Shown: positions 22,147 to 36,129 of the stretch, piece by piece
How positions within the stretch are numbered: the stretch's first letter is position 1
Layout of the letters: each line of letters begins with the position of its first letter
Source of the DNA: Octopus sinensis
Taxonomy: Eukaryota
DNA length: 64,000 nucleotides
NCBI RefSeq assembly: GCF_006345805.1
Contig: NC_043005.1
Coordinates: 43,648,001 to 43,712,000, forward strand
Direction: 5' to 3'
Made by a program: the position numbers and the translations under genes
The notes under the pieces: model-generated
What the model was told of the DNA's origin: nothing
The model's input: only the letters and a program-made list of their open reading frames with translations
Databases searched by the model: none

Positions 22147-22916
22147 GAAAGACTTCCTTTTGTATCCCTCCCGCAATCCCATAAATTTTTTTTAAATGTA
22201 TTAGACATGGTAGGAAATTGATTTCATATCATGTCTTATAATAATAATGATGAGAAAGTCATAAAGATTAAGAGTTTCCATTAAAAAAACTTCATTTCTG
22301 TATTATGTATATTGATGTCCCAATTTGCCTAACGTTAAGGCCTAAATTGCCTAACTCTATGAAATTTGCCTAATTACTTTGGGGCATGAATTTTACCATT
22401 TCACGTTACTCCAGTCCACTCAGCTGGCAAAAATGAGTAATCCTGCGACGGACCGGCGTCCCGTCCGGGTGGGGAATTTCTACGCCACTGAAACCGAGGC
22501 ACATGGCCTAGTGGTTAGAGCAGCGGACTCGCGGTCGAAGGATCGAGGGTTCGAACCTCAGACCGGGTGATGTGTGTGTTTATGAGCGAAACACCTAAGC
22601 TCCACGCGGCTCCGGCAGAAAGTAATGGCGAACTTCTGCTGACTCTTTCACCACAACTTTCTCTCACTCTTTCCTCCTGCATCTTGCAGCTCACCTGCGA
22701 CGGACCGGCGTCCCGTCCAGGTGGGGAACCTATACGCCAAGGGAACCGGGAAACCGGCCCTATGATCCAAGTGTGGCTCGAGAAGCAACAAACAACAAAT
22801 TTTATGACTTTCTCATCATCATTATTATCATAAGACATGGTAGGAAATCAATTTTCCACCATGTGTAATATTCTAAAAATATTTCATAGGGGAAGGGATA
22901 CAAAAGAAGTCTTTCC
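22147..22916. mobile_element. Long-TIR MITE (~120-bp arms) with nested SINEs
   Basis: GGAAAGACTTCCTTTTGTATCCCT...GATGAGAAAGTCATAAA (22147-22265) is inverted at 22800-22916. Confidence 0.7.
22496..22790 (+). mobile_element. tRNA(Arg)-like-derived SINE with Meta-like domain
   Basis: TGGCCTAGTGGTTAGAGC...GGTTCGAACC head and CCTGCGACGGACCGGCGTCCCGTCCAGG domain. Copies at 47010-47285, ~38120-38420 (-) and related ~50445-50690. Confidence 0.75.
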
Positions 22917-22947
22917 ATATTTACATATGTGTGTGTGTGTGTGTGTG

Positions 22948-22998
<51 letters not shown>

Positions 22999-24267
22999 GA
23001 CGAAAAATAAAAAAAAAGATAAGGTAGGATGAAGTATTTGTACTTGATCTAGATTATAAGACAGTCGGGATGGCGACGATGGTGGAATTTTTGTGTGGAA
23101 TGTTATAGCTGATACGAATGGATATAGAAACATAACAATTCATTTGCTGGTGAATCTTTGCCAAGCATCTGGTTGACATTTTGTGAACAGGTATCTAGAA
23201 TACCCGTGTGTCGAAGCTGTTTCGTTCATCCCAGTTGTGTTGGCAGGACTGTAATGCTAGTCGCACAGGTGCTTTGTTTATGGACGGCAGCTGTTTAAAT
23301 TGAATGGTCTTTTTTTTCCTCCAAAAAATAGATATGGACTATTGTCAATATCTAAAACTTGTAGCTACCTTAAGAGAGATAGCAGCGTATCTATGAGAAC
23401 ATAGTCAGGTTCTAGAGTTAGCGGGAGCGAGAATATAAAAATAAAGGTGTCATGACACATACAAAGAATTTTTAACTCTTTTTGTCTTCTATTACGTAAG
23501 ATATTTTATTAGTTACAGTATACGTAATAATATTCTACATTCATTAATTTCATTAGTAACTAAAGAATTAAAAAAAGAACTAGCTGAAAAAGTGCCAATT
23601 TTTGAAAAATGTGCTTGGCGGGAACGGCCGCTCTCCTTGCCTTCTCTCTCTCCTATTAGCTACCCCACCGAGAAGAGGGTATTGATTTTCCTTGACTTTC
23701 TTAATGCTCTTGAAAGAGAATGGTTAATATGTCAGTATTGAAGGGTGTTTTAGGGGTGTACATTTATAAAGTTATTTGCAAGTCTAGTCCAATGTATCTA
23801 GATTGCACGTGTTGACATCTGTGAAAGAAGATACTTTATTAAATAAAAAGAGATGCCGTTATCGTAGAGGGCGAGCGTATATAACTTGATGTGACAGTTA
23901 AGTTCTTTACATACATAAGAGTATCAAAAAGAATCAAATTTTATTGCATACGAGGTTCGATAAATGCAAACAAGAAAGATCACTGCATACTATCATAAGA
24001 GAGCTTTTACATTAAACACTCGAATCGAGAGACGAAATACGAGTAGTACCCTTAAGTAGGTAATTTTGCCGGAGGTTTTCATGTCAAACAGTTTGGAATT
24101 TTACTAATGTCAGGAACAACAGTATTGCTTCTGTTAAAGTTCTCGAAAGCAAAAGACTACTTATGTATGACTCATAAAAGCTAGTTCTAACGCAACAAAA
24201 GTAGCATCGGTATTTGGTAAAAAAAAAAAAGGAAAAAGAACACAATTAAAAGAAGGTAATGAATGGT

Positions 24268-25050
24268 TAGGCGCGGCTATGTGGTAAGAAGCTTTGCTTC
24301 TCGACCACATGGTTCCGGGTTCAGTTCCATTGTGCAGGGCCTTAGGCAAGTATCTTTTACTATTGCCTTTGGCCGACCAAAGCCTTGTGAGTGGATTTGG
24401 TAGACGGAAACTGAAAGAAGCCCGTCATATGTGTGCGTGTGTACATATATAAATAACGTGTACATGTATAGGCGCTGGCGTGGCTGTGTGGTAAGAAGCT
24501 TGTTTCCCAACCACATGGTTCCGGGTTCAGTCCCACTGTGTAACATCTTGAGCAAGTGTCTTCTACTATAGCCTTGTGAGTGGATTTGGTAGACGGAAAC
24601 TGAAAGAAGCCCGTCATATGTGTGCGTGTGTACATATATAAATAACGTGTACATGTATAGGCGCTGGCGTGGTTGTGTGGTAAGAAGCTTGCTTCCCAAC
24701 CACATGGTTCCGGGTTCAGTCCCGCTGTGTAACATCTTGAGTAAGTGTCTTCTACTATAGCCTCGGGTTCACCAAAACCTTGTGAGTGGGTTAGGTAGAT
24801 GGAAACTGAAAGAAGCCAGTCGTATATATGTATGTATGTATGTGCATGTGTCTTTGTGTCTCTGTCCCCTTCACTACTTGACAACCGATGTTGGTGAGTT
24901 TACGTCCCCGTAAATTAGCAGTTCAGCGAAAGATATGATAGAATAAGTACTAGGCTTAAAAAAAGTCCTGAAGTTGATTTGTTTGACTAAAACCCTTTCA
25001 AGACGGTGCTCCAGCATGGCCACAGTCAAATGATTGAAACAAGTAGAATA
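24268..25050 (+). mobile_element. Major SINE with triplicated 5' half
   Basis: Three heads (24268, ~24470, ~24659) joined by an identical linker ATATGTGTGCGTGTGTACATATATAAATAACGTGTACATGTATAGG. Single tail. Confidence 0.8.
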
Positions 25051-25084
25051 ACGAAAGAATAATAGGGTCGATAATAGTTCTTTT

Positions 25085-25455
25085 ACTCTTTATCTTTTAC
25101 TAGTTTCAGTCATTTGACTGCGGCCATGCTGGAGCACCGCCTTTAGTCGAACGAATCAACCCCAGGACTTATTCTTTGTAAGCCTAGTACTTATTCTATC
25201 GGTCTCTTTTGCCAAACCATTAAGTCACGGAGATGTAAACACACCAACTCCAGTTGTCAAGCGGTGGTGGTGGTGGTGGGTCAAACACACGCGCACACAC
25301 ACACACACACAACAGGCTTCTTTTACAGTTTCCATCTACCAAATCCACTCACAAGGCTTTGGTCAGCCCAAGGCTATAGAAGAAACCAAATGTTCCTCGC
25401 AGTGTGACTGAATCCGAAATCGTGCGGTTGGGAAGCAAGTTTCTTACCACACATT
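25085..25455 (-). mobile_element. Major SINE copy
   Basis: Reverse-complement match to 10633-11082. Confidence 0.75.
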
Positions 25456-25657
25456 CATGTCAGGCCTTCAGTTGCATATGAAATATTTGGGTTTGGTAGT
25501 AGCAGGAATAGGTTAGCAGAAACATTATCTGTCGTTGTGAAGAAGTGGACTGGGTTCACTACTAAAAACTGAATCATGAATGTGATGAGCCCCAACAACT
25601 GAAAAAGACTGAGTTGAACACACTTAATTGGATGTGCAACATAAATTTAGTTGATAG

Positions 25658-26543
25658 CAGGGACGTGCACCCTGGGTAGGCAAGGTAGGTAATGCCTACC
25701 CTGAATAAAATAGATCATCATCATCGTTTAACGTCCGACTTCCATGCTAGAATGGGTTGGACGATTTGACTGAGATCTGGCAATCCAGATGGCTGCACCG
25801 ACTCCAATCTGATCTGGCAGAGTTTCTACAGCTGGATGCCCTTCCTAACGCCAACCACTCAAAGAGTGTAGTGGGTGCTTTTTACGTGCCTATGGCACGA
25901 GGGCTAGTCAGGCGGTACTGGCAACGGCCACGCTCAAATGGTGCTTTTTATGTGCCACCTGCACAGGAGCCAGTCCAGCGGCACTGGCAACGACTTCGCT
26001 CGAATATTTTTTCACAAACCACCAGCACAAGTGCCAGTAAGGTGACGCAGGTAACGATCACGCTCGAATGGTGCTTTTTACGTGCTACCGGCACGGAGGC
26101 CAGCTTGTTGCTCTGGCAACAATCACACTCGTATGGTACTCTTAGCGCTCCACGGGTACGGATGCCAGTCATCGAATTTGATTTCGATTTCACTTGCCTC
26201 GATTGTAACATTTTCCTTTTATGACAAAATATGCACCTAATTCAGTAAAATCATGAAGGTTACTCTGATTACTATGCATAAAATACAAATTTCTTTTTGT
26301 CATTAGTTAGGCACAATTTGCCCTTTCTTTTCAATGTCAGTATTAAAGCTATGCATAGAACTGCTGTAGCACACGTACAGTGTACATTCCTACAACAATG
26401 TTTTCTTTACGCGTTATAAAGGCAGAAGTAAATCTGCCTGCAACTAAGTCACGCGCCTGTGATTCGCTTATTTTGTTTCTGTGTTTTAGAACATAAACAT
26501 CACCAACTGCCTACCCTGAGTAATTACTGATAGCACATGCCTG
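25658..26543. mobile_element. Non-autonomous hAT transposon with nested RTE-tail SINE (25714-26200, minus)
   Basis: TIRs CAGGGACGTGC / GCACATGCCTG (9 of 11 match). 8-bp TSD GTTGATAG / GTAGATAG. Subterminal TGCCTACCCTGA repeats at both ends. Confidence 0.75.
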
Positions 26544-26599
26544 GTAGATAGGCTGAGTATAGGTGTGTTTAGAAAGCAGCTGGATATAGATGGGTGTAA

Positions 26600-26985
26600 T
26601 TATGCGAGAAGATGTTTGTTTCACAACTACGTGACTCTGGATTCAGTTCCACTGTGTGGTAACTTGGACAAGTGTCTTCTACAATAGGTTTGGGCCGACA
26701 AAAGCCTTGTGAGTAGATACGGAAAGAAACCCATCATAAATATATATATATATATATGCATGTGTGTGTGTGTGTGTTTGTCCCCACCACCGCTTGTCAA
26801 CTGGTGTTGGTGTGTATAAGTCCCCGTAACTTAGCGGTTAGGCAAAACAGACTAATAGAATAAGTGCCAGATTTAAATAAAAATAGTAAGTACTAGGGTT
26901 GATGTGTTCGACTCGAAATTTTCAGAGGTGCTCTAGCATGGCCACAGTCTAAATGACTGAAGCAAGTAAGAGATAAAAGATAAAG
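26600..26985 (+). mobile_element. Major SINE copy (diverged)
   Basis: Body and tail match 10633-11082. Confidence 0.7.
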
Positions 26986-28679
26986 CATAATAAATATAAC
27001 TGAGGTTGATGATAGGTGGTTAGACAAGAGCTGGAAATGGTCATAAATGCAAGGTAGAGTAGTGCTATGGGTTGATAATAAGGGGAGGTACTCAAAGTCG
27101 AATAGATAAAATATGATTCAGCTGAAAGTTGCAAAATCAGGTCTGAAGATTTTGGTCTCACTAGCGTAATGATATTCTTTGTACATTTGAAGCTCATCTA
27201 GCCCGTGACTGTTAAACGGTAAAATGGATGATAAAAACAAAGAGGAAAATGATGAAGATTATCAATAATCGACTGAGGAGATACTTTGTGCCAATTTTGT
27301 TTTTATAACATTTAATAACTATTCCTTTATAGTATGCTCTATTTGCCGTAATCATCTTCGTAAGATTGCCGCCTTTTCAGACACATATATTAAACAGCTC
27401 TCTGTACAACAACCCCAGTGATTCCCAGAAAAAAAATTCCTGTTATCTCATTATTGCGAAGCAGCATCAGAAATGATTAAATCTATGACAGGGTAAGAAA
27501 TTTGGGCCATTAAACAGTAGAAATGAAGATCTTTCTGCTTTTTATTTCTTCCCTCTTCCCATTTCTGTCCCTGTCTAATAAAAGCCATGTAACATCAGCA
27601 ATAGCACCAACAATAGTGCTAATGGAAATACAATAACAATGAGAAGAATATGAAACAACGTAGAATCCTAAATCAGATACGTTTTTCCCATTGGTTGTTA
27701 TTATCCACAAGCAGCTGGTGTTTGCTGCTTTAGAAACTTTGATAGCACGTTATTAATCAATAGATTCTTTCACCATTAAGACATCGGTTGTTTCTTTTAT
27801 CCGTGATGCCAGACCAACAACAAGACCTGACATCAGACAGTGGAATGGCTTTCAAAGCTCAGCTGTAAAGGCGTCGATAGACAACGACAAATGCTGTATC
27901 ATTACAGCAACCATGGCACAGACGACATACACAACAAACCTATAAGAGATCATGCAGGTTTTATACACCAATAATAATAATAATAATAATTAATAATAAT
28001 GATAATAATGAAAGTCTTCTTTCTTCCTATCATTTTCTTTTTTTCTTCCTTTCTTTCGTCATTTCTTTCATTCCTTTTCCCTTTTCTTTTGTTCGTGATA
28101 ATAGCGAGTTTGTTTCTTGTAAATCTACCGCCATCACTATTTGATCACCACCACCACTACTACTACTACTACTTTACTTTTACTTATTTGGTTGACACCG
28201 TTGTGTTATGGAAAGTATATTGTTAAGTGAAACAGCATCAAATACGTTGCTGGCACTTGTTTTATTGATCCCAGACTGTATGGAGCTGTATGGAGTTGAC
28301 TCCGACAAGATTTGAACTCAAAATTGTTAAATAATAGAATGCAGTTGAAGCCAAGCACTATCTCTTCTGGGACTTCACTCTCCTCCTCCAACCACAACTG
28401 CTACCTCATATAAAAAATAACTCTTTTTTTTTTTTTGTTATAGACACAAGGCCTGAAATATAGTGGCCCCCGGTTCCTTTCCTGACTGGTACTTATTTCT
28501 TAAAACCCCGCTTCCCAGAAAGATGAAAGACAAAGTCAACCTCGGGAGAATTTGAACTTAGAACGCAATAATGCACCATACAGAACTACTGCGACTGTGC
28601 ACAAGTTTATTGCCGAAATTTTGTATCTGGCATTCAGCTTTGAAGCTAATTTTTTTTCTCATTTGTCACATGTACTCTT

Positions 28680-29700
28680 TCTTTGACTTTTTCTTGATAT
28701 CTTTGAGTTTAATTCCATCTATCACAAGGATTCTCAGGTATTTATATCCGGATTCAGGTTAAACTGTCTTTATCATTCCATCACTTGGCAAACATATACC
28801 TTCTGTCCTGACAGGCTTTTCTCATCTCGTCACCATCATAGCACATTTGGAAAGTCCAAAATCCATCTTGATTTCATTCGAGAAATACACACAGACTGGA
28901 CTAGACTGTCCAGTTCTTCCTCACTTTTAGTTAACACCTTCAAGCCTTCAATGAATAGCACGGGTAATTAAGTTTTCCCTTATTACTTTCCAGATCATAC
29001 CCCAACTTTATCTTCTGCAGTATTTCACTCAAGGGGATCATTCTCAGCACAAAGATCAGTGGGGATATACTGTCCTCCAGGAAGATTACTCTCTTGATTT
29101 TCACTGCTTCTAATACCTGATTCCCTGCTGTCAATTCAGTTCTCCAATATTTCATACTGTTCCATATAAGGCATCCCATGTTTTCTGCTACTCCATACAT
29201 ACATTTTCATAGTTCTTCTTATTTAAGACTGTGATATCATATTGTATGCTTTACAATAATCAATCTATGCCATGCTTAGGTTTGTGTGTCTTCTCTTGCA
29301 TTTTCTGAGAATTAATTTCTCAATTAACAGCTGATCTTTCATTGCCCTGCTCCTATTTTGGCACCCTTTCTGTTCAATAGGTAGCAGCCCACTTCTTTCT
29401 AAGTATCCATACAATTCAACAGCCGAAGCACCTGACAATAGTTTCCACATTAGAGGAAGATACATTATAAGTTGAAAGTTGGATATATTACCCTTTTCAG
29501 GATCCTTGATACATAATAATGTCTTTCCCATTCGCATTTCTGAGTGTTGAGTACCATGTTCACGATTCTCACCAAGAGAAAAGTGATCTTGGTCGATTCT
29601 GTATCCTCATCCGTTCATTTCTCAGGAGCTAGCTCCCAATTCCTTGTTCAACCGCCTTCATCCACTTGCAATTTATCACCAATGTGGCTAAGGATTCTCA
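28680..29700 (-). pseudogene. R4/Dong-clade non-LTR reverse transcriptase fragment
   Basis: [28 protein letters not shown]...EQKGC....KDQLLI...[11 protein letters not shown] and VKIKR.IF.EDSISPLIFV are characteristic R4/Dong RT motifs. Abuts (TAA)n. Confidence 0.85.
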
Positions 29701-29770
29701 TCTACCCAATTATTATTATTATCATTATTATTATTATTATTATTGTTGTTATTATTATTATTATTATTAT

Positions 29771-30230
29771 TGAGTGAGAAAGCAGCGCATGCCATCAAAG
29801 TGACACTGGGGTACAAATACACGAAGCCCAGTATACCCATTATGACTACCCATCTGATAAGGGTACACCAGATACATACATCACAACCAGATAAACAGTG
29901 CATGACCTTTTCTTCTGGTTGAGTAGCCCATCCAGCTCAAAAGGTCCCTGAATAAGGGTTGTTTAAGGATGTTGAATGAAACACCCATGTTTCCAGTGCT
30001 GAATTATTCAAACCCCAAAGAATTCCTCTCAGCACATGACTATGATGCTTCCTCACTATTTCTTCTCAACTGGTTATGGTCAAACAACTGACAAGCAAAT
30101 CTGGGGTACTGAACAGAATACTTGCTGTAGCCCATCTTTTACACCATGGCAAAATATGTACATGATAACACTTTCAATCGGTTAAGATCAGAAGCCATGA
30201 GAGCCACTACCTGGTACTGCATCAGGGCAT
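29771..30230. repeat. Unclassified insert bounded by (TAT)n tracts
   Basis: About 460-bp complex sequence with TAT repeats on both sides. No coding signal recognised. Confidence 0.35.
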
Positions 30231-31789
30231 TATTATTATTGTTGTTGTTGTTGTTATGGTGGTGAGCTGGCAGAAACGTTAGCCTGCCGGGCGAAACGCT
30301 TAGTGGTATTTCGTCTGTCTTTACGTTCTGAGTTCAAATTCCGCTGGAGTTGACTTTTCCTTTCATCCTTTTTATATCTTTGCAACAGTTTTACAGTCTC
30401 TACAACTTCCATGTGATGTCCATCCTCGCAAGTGGATAGATGATATTCATAGAAGCGAAGCTTCAGGGTAGTCATCACCTGGGAACAAGGACCAGGCAAT
30501 CTTGTCCACCAGTTCATTGACTGCTTCTGGTGATTCTTTCATAACAGTAGCCTCCAATCCTTGATATTGTTGTTTGTTTCTCTACTGCTTTTCACTTTTA
30601 TCTCCTCCTCTGTAATTCCAGCTCCTCAGGACAGAAAAAAGTCAAATGGCTCTTACTGCCACATATATAGCAGCTGGGCCTTTGTCTTAAGCTGTAGTCA
30701 AAATGATTTTGAACAAGGTCATAAAGACTTGCAAATCCATGCTGAACCCTTCCGATTCACATATTGTTTCTCATTACTTTCACACCTACTCTACAAATGT
30801 AATAACGAAACCAGAGTAAATTCCCAAGCCAATCTCCTTCACTATCACTCATGAATTGCACTGACCCATGTACTGCAGTGCAAAACTATATTCAGGTGTG
30901 TAAGACACTGTACATGCCTATAGCCTCATCTCGGTGTCAGACTTGAAAACTAGGCAGATAGTCCTTTATATTCTACCACAATCGAAGAAAGCTACAACCC
31001 TCCGTAGATTGGTGGTTAAAACCTCCTTTAAAAGTTCTTTTGAGAGCAATTGAAGACCTATTTCCCGAATAAAGGGTCATAAGTAAAGAAACATTTGATT
31101 AGGTCACATATGTGAGCAGCATTATCTTCTTCGTCGTTTCAGTTGTATTCAAACATTTTTGTGTTGCTGATAATGGAAGCCAAGAAAGATTTTTTTTTTG
31201 CGTTTGTTATTTTCTGTTAGAATTTTAGTTCATATGGTTAGTGTGTGTCTTGATGTGAAGCGTATAATATGCTGGTGATAATTGATTTCTTTGTGTCTTA
31301 AAGTACAAATCTCCACGTTTTTCTATTTACATGACTTCTGTTCCTTTTTTTTTTGTGGGTGTGTATGTCTTAGTTACCAAGTTTTGAAATGTCTAACAGC
31401 AGAAAAAAATGTTAACAAACTAAACTTTTTTTCTTCCAAACAGAAACAAAAGAATTTAAAGAATAAAAGTCCACCTCAAAAATACAGTTCACGCAAAAAA
31501 CACTATTCTGCTTAGCATGTAATCCGATGGAATTTTCCGAAATCTCACGCATGGTACGTGGCACGTCCTGCCAAAGTAAAACAATGTACACTCTAGTGTG
31601 AAATGAACCAGGTAAAACAAGTAATGAAATTCTTGTATTTTGTCTGGACACAAAGGGCTCACACATACAAAGCAGTAAACTTTGAAAACAGCGAAGGCTA
31701 AAATATGTGTGGGTCTGGACCAAATCACATAAAGATGGGGGAGGGGGTAAAGCTCTTATATAAGAGACAAAAGATTTGATAAACCTTTA

Positions 31790-32175
31790 AAGCTTGCTTT
31801 CCAACCACATGGTTCTGGGTTCAGTCTCATTACATGGCACCTTGGGCAACTGTCTTCTAAAGCCTTGGGCCAACCAAAGTTTTGAGAGTAGATTTGGTAA
31901 GACAGAAACTGAAAGAAGCTCATCGTATATATGAGTGAGTGTGTGTGTGTATGTGCATATGTGTGCATGTGTGTGTGTGTGTGTCCTTGTGTCTGTGTTT
32001 GTCTCCCAACACCGCTTGACAACCGAAACTTAGTGGTTTCAGCAAAAGAGACTAGAGAATAAGTACCAGGATTATAAAAAAAAAAAAAATTCCAGGGTCA
32101 ATTCGCTTGACTAAAATTCTTCGAGGTGGTGCCCCAGCATGGCTGCAGTCTAAGGACTGAAACAAATAAAAGATA
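31790..32175 (+). mobile_element. Major SINE copy (5'-truncated)
   Basis: AGCTTGCTTTCCAACCACATGGTTCTGGGTTCAGTC...GGTGGTGCCCCAGCATGGCTGCAGTC. Confidence 0.75.
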
Positions 32176-32989
32176 ACAGATATAAAACCAAGTATATATG
32201 ATGATAAAATAAAAGAGCAAAAGAAATTAACGTCAACTGCTCACACAAGTATGAGTATCCTCTGGTTTGGTTGGATCAAAATGTTCCACGGCACTTCTCA
32301 CCAACTACTTATAATATTCTTCTTCGGGGTTTGCTAAAATCTCCAGTAAGAACATCTTGAGATGATTAATTTTCGAAAGGAACTGCATGTTCTGGATAGA
32401 AATATTTCATTCATTTATATATCTCTCTAGTGACTTGACCAATAACTCTGCTAAGACACTGGAGAAATTAAACTAATTAAACTGCATTATCTCTTGTTAC
32501 GTCCACATACTTGCAGACCAAATGGGCTTCTAGCTTAAAGACTAACTCAGACAGTCCCTTGTTACTTCTTTTGGTAACTGTGAAACCGGACAAGTCTCAG
32601 AGATCAGGCCTTTTCCCACTTTTTCTAGAATCTTTCTAAAAGATTTGGCTTTTTTGTTGTTGATTTTATTTATTTTAAATTTTGTTTCCCTTTTCTCTTT
32701 TTCTCTCCTACAAGGGTCTGCCAGTCCCCTTCATGCTACATATTGTTCCCGTACTCAGGAGTGGATAGGCAAATAATGTTAAGAGGAGGACTTCGGCGTC
32801 ATCGATCTCTCAGATCAGACACTAGGTAACATCCTGTAATCTCTTGACTGAGAGAGAATATTTCGGCATCATTCACTTTTGAAATCGAAATTCTTTCAGG
32901 GTCAATAAAATAAGTACCAGTTGAACGCTGAGGTCTATACAATCGACTTACCACTCCCCCAAATTTTCTGGCCTCATGTCAAAATTTGA

Positions 32990-32990
32990 G

Positions 32991-33030
<40 letters not shown>

Positions 33031-33715
33031 GTAGTAGTAGTAGTAGTATTTACACTTAATCTGCATATTTGTACAGTCACTTGCCAAGACACACCCAGTG
33101 TCCTGGGGCAAGTGAAGGATAAGAGATGTTACAGAGTAACCAAAAGCTTGGAGAAGGGAAGTAGTGAAATATCTTCATGTAATACAACACAGGCATTTAA
33201 ATGGATAAGGTTTTCTAAGGATATAGGCAGTACTTGTCAGTACAATCTTTTGGATTTCTCTGAGACATGGTTCTCCAAGGATCTTATCTAGATGTTTCTG
33301 ATATCCCTTTTTTTATCATACCTAGGGCACCTACAATAACAGGAACAGTTTTTGTTTTAAGATGCCACATTTTTTATATTTCAATTTCCAGGTCCTTATA
33401 TTTACTTAATTTGTCAAATTCCTTGACAGATATATTTTTATCAGTGGGAACACTTATATCTATCAGTCTACAAGTATTTTCTTCTCTGTCTTTTAATAAT
33501 TACATCTGGCTGATTAGCCTGGATTGTTCTGTCAGTGTTGACGGGACAATCCCAGAGGATAGTAACATTTTTACCATTAATGGCTGACTCAGGATGATGT
33601 TCATACCAGTAAGCAGGGGTGCTGATGTTGTAGTGTTTACATATTTTCCAGTGTAAATACTGTCCTACCCTATCGTGGCAATTTTGTACTCATTTGGTGT
33701 CAGCACAGGCCATCC
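32990..33715 (-). pseudogene. R4/Dong-clade 3' end: restriction-like endonuclease domain, 3' UTR and (TAA)n
   Basis: HDRVGQYLHWKICKHY...TDRTIQANQPDVII...CRLIDISVPTDKNISVKEFDKLSKYKDLEIEI...VPVIVGALG (PD-(D/E)xK type). Confidence 0.85.
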
Positions 33716-33782
33716 TGAGACAAAATGTTACTAAACGTTTTGCCCAGTGTACTAGCAATTCTGACAGCTCACTGCCCCATAG

Positions 33783-34100
33783 AACACAGATGTTGATGAG
33801 AAAATCCAACACTGAATAAAATCTGCCAATGCAAACTTTGGTCTCATGAAGAAAGACTATTATTTGAAAATCCCTTGATGAGATCGACAACCAAATTTAT
33901 GATCTATTAGACATTACTTATCCCCACCCTCCTAAATGCTTTCAAAATCTGGACGGTTGATAGGCAGTGTTATGAAAAGTTGGTCATATTCTACCAGATC
34001 GCCACCTTTGGCCTCAGAAAAATTAAATGTCATTACCAAATACTACAAGGTATTTTATCTGTCATTTTATCAAATCTACCCAACTACCAAAGAGATACGG
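33783..34100 (+). pseudogene. Degenerate RTE LINE RT C-terminal fragment
   Basis: DVDEKIQH*IKSANANFG...TKFMIY*TLLIPTLL...WT. Confidence 0.55.
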
Positions 34101-34375
34101 CCAAGTTGTGGAAATTTCAATTAAAAAATATGAGAAGATAAGGTTATGAATGTTAAAGAGTTTATATTTTTGCTACACTGGTTTCTTTCCAGGTTAGGTG
34201 TAAAATTAAAAAGATCGCTTTCAAATGTGGTTTCATGTTCAGTCCCACTGCATGGTACTTTGGACAAGTGTCTTCAAATATAGTCTCAGACTGACCAATA
34301 CCTTGTGAGTGAACTTTGTAGACAGAAACTATGTGAAAGCCCACAGTGTATATATATATATATATATATATATCA

Positions 34376-34512
34376 AAACTCCATTTAATTGAACAATGCA
34401 ACCATTACATCAATTTAAAAGCAGAGCAATCCTCAGCTGCATAAAGACATAGAATTTAATTAAATTAAAACAGATGGACACATTAGTATACAGTGTTCAA
34501 TTAAATGGAGTT
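34376..34512. mobile_element. Small MITE-like inverted repeat (pogo/Tigger-like)
   Basis: AACTCCATTTAATTGAACA / TGTTCAATTAAATGGAGTT, adjacent to (TA)n. Confidence 0.5.
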
Positions 34513-35917
34513 GCTTGAAACGATCGTACTGCATTACCTCTGGATATCCTTCTTGCTTATTTTGATTTTAATCACCTTATTTTGAAATTATATGGATAAT
34601 ACAGTACTAAATTCTGGTGCCTCAACTTAAGTACCATATTCATCTGAATCTATATCTATATCAATATATATATATATATATATATTTATCCATGAGGGCA
34701 CAAAGCTTAGTAGTTAGGTCGTGAGTTCAATTCCCGATGGTGTTTTGTGTCCTTGAGCCCTTTATTTCATGTTGCTCCAGTCCACTCAGCTGGCAAAAAT
34801 GAGTTGTACCTGTTTTTCAATGGGCTAGCCTTGTTACGTTCTGTATTACACTGAATCTCCCTGAGAACTATGTTAAGTGTTTGCATGTCTATTGAGTGGT
34901 CAACCACTTACAAGTTAATTTCACGAGTAGGCTGTTCCGTTGATCAGATCAACACTCATCATCATAACTGATGGAGTGTGGGTTAGTTTTGTATATATAT
35001 ATATATATATATTGTGTGTATGTATAACTGTATATATATTTATATGTGTATGTATATATATATACATATATATATATATATGGATGTGTGTGTGTGCGTA
35101 TATATATATTATATATATATATGTGTATGTATATACATATGGATGTATCCTCTCTCTCTCTTCTATCTTTTCTCTTGTCAAAGAAGAAAATATTTCTCCA
35201 TCGTTTGCTATTTTACCCACGTTCTGGTCTAATGACCCTTCATGTTTGTTTTCATTCGATTTCCTAGTATGTCTCCACTGTCCTGTTTTTGTTTCCTACT
35301 TTGACCCTCCATAAATCCCCAATTTTATTTTGGTACTTATGGGAGCAACTGTCTTCAAAAACTCATTTTGTCATTCAATGCTCGGAATGAAGAGTAGATT
35401 GACAGCTGACAACCGATGAAAGGGCATTCCTTGTGTCACTTGTTCTGTTTTCAATTTGTTTCTCTCGATGTTTGCGTATTGAACTCATTTGTTTTCGTAT
35501 TTCATGTTGTTAACAGTTGGTGACATCCTGTACCCATATATGCATGTGTATATTTATATATTATTCATTTTTATACTTTTTGTGATCTAGTTATATGTTT
35601 TATAAAAATATATATTATTTTTTATTTATGATTTGGTTTATGTCTATCATTGTTTGAATTGCATAATAGTGTTTTTTTCTCTAATTTATATTATATATAT
35701 ATATAATATATATATATATATACATATATATACATACATACACACACATGTGTATGCATATTTCTTTGTGCTTGGTTTGTTCCCCCACTACCACTTGTCA
35801 AATGGTGTTGGTTTGTGCATGTTCCTGTCACTTAGCAGTTCAGCAATAGAGATCCTTATGATATATAGCTGACTCAAAATAAATATGTAAGTAAATAAAC
35901 ACACACATATACACATA

Positions 35918-36129
35918 CAAGGTGGCCCAAAAGTAGGTTTACAGTTATCATGTAGGCACTTTAAATTTCTTTTAAAAAATTTTATTACATTTAAATTTCT
36001 ATCTTACGATTAACTAAATTAGCTTAGAATAAAGGTTTCATACATTTTTATAATTAAGATCTAAACTGTCAATATACGAATACGAAAGAGATAGTTGAAT
36101 AACTGTAAACCTACTTTTGGACCACCCCG
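35918..36129. mobile_element. Tc1/mariner-type MITE nested in a SINE tail
   Basis: 31-bp TIRs CAAGGTGGCCCAAAAGTAGGTTTACAGTTAT / ATAACTGTAAACCTACTTTTGGACCACCCCG (3 mismatches). TA on the left. Confidence 0.8.

Noticed and set aside
22496-22570. tRNA genes (also at 21807, 47010, 50445)
   Set aside because: The tRNA-like heads continue into SINE bodies and lack complete cloverleaf and acceptor stems.
27180-27960. Repeat-free segment as a coding exon
   Set aside because: No sustained frame or recognisable protein on either strand.
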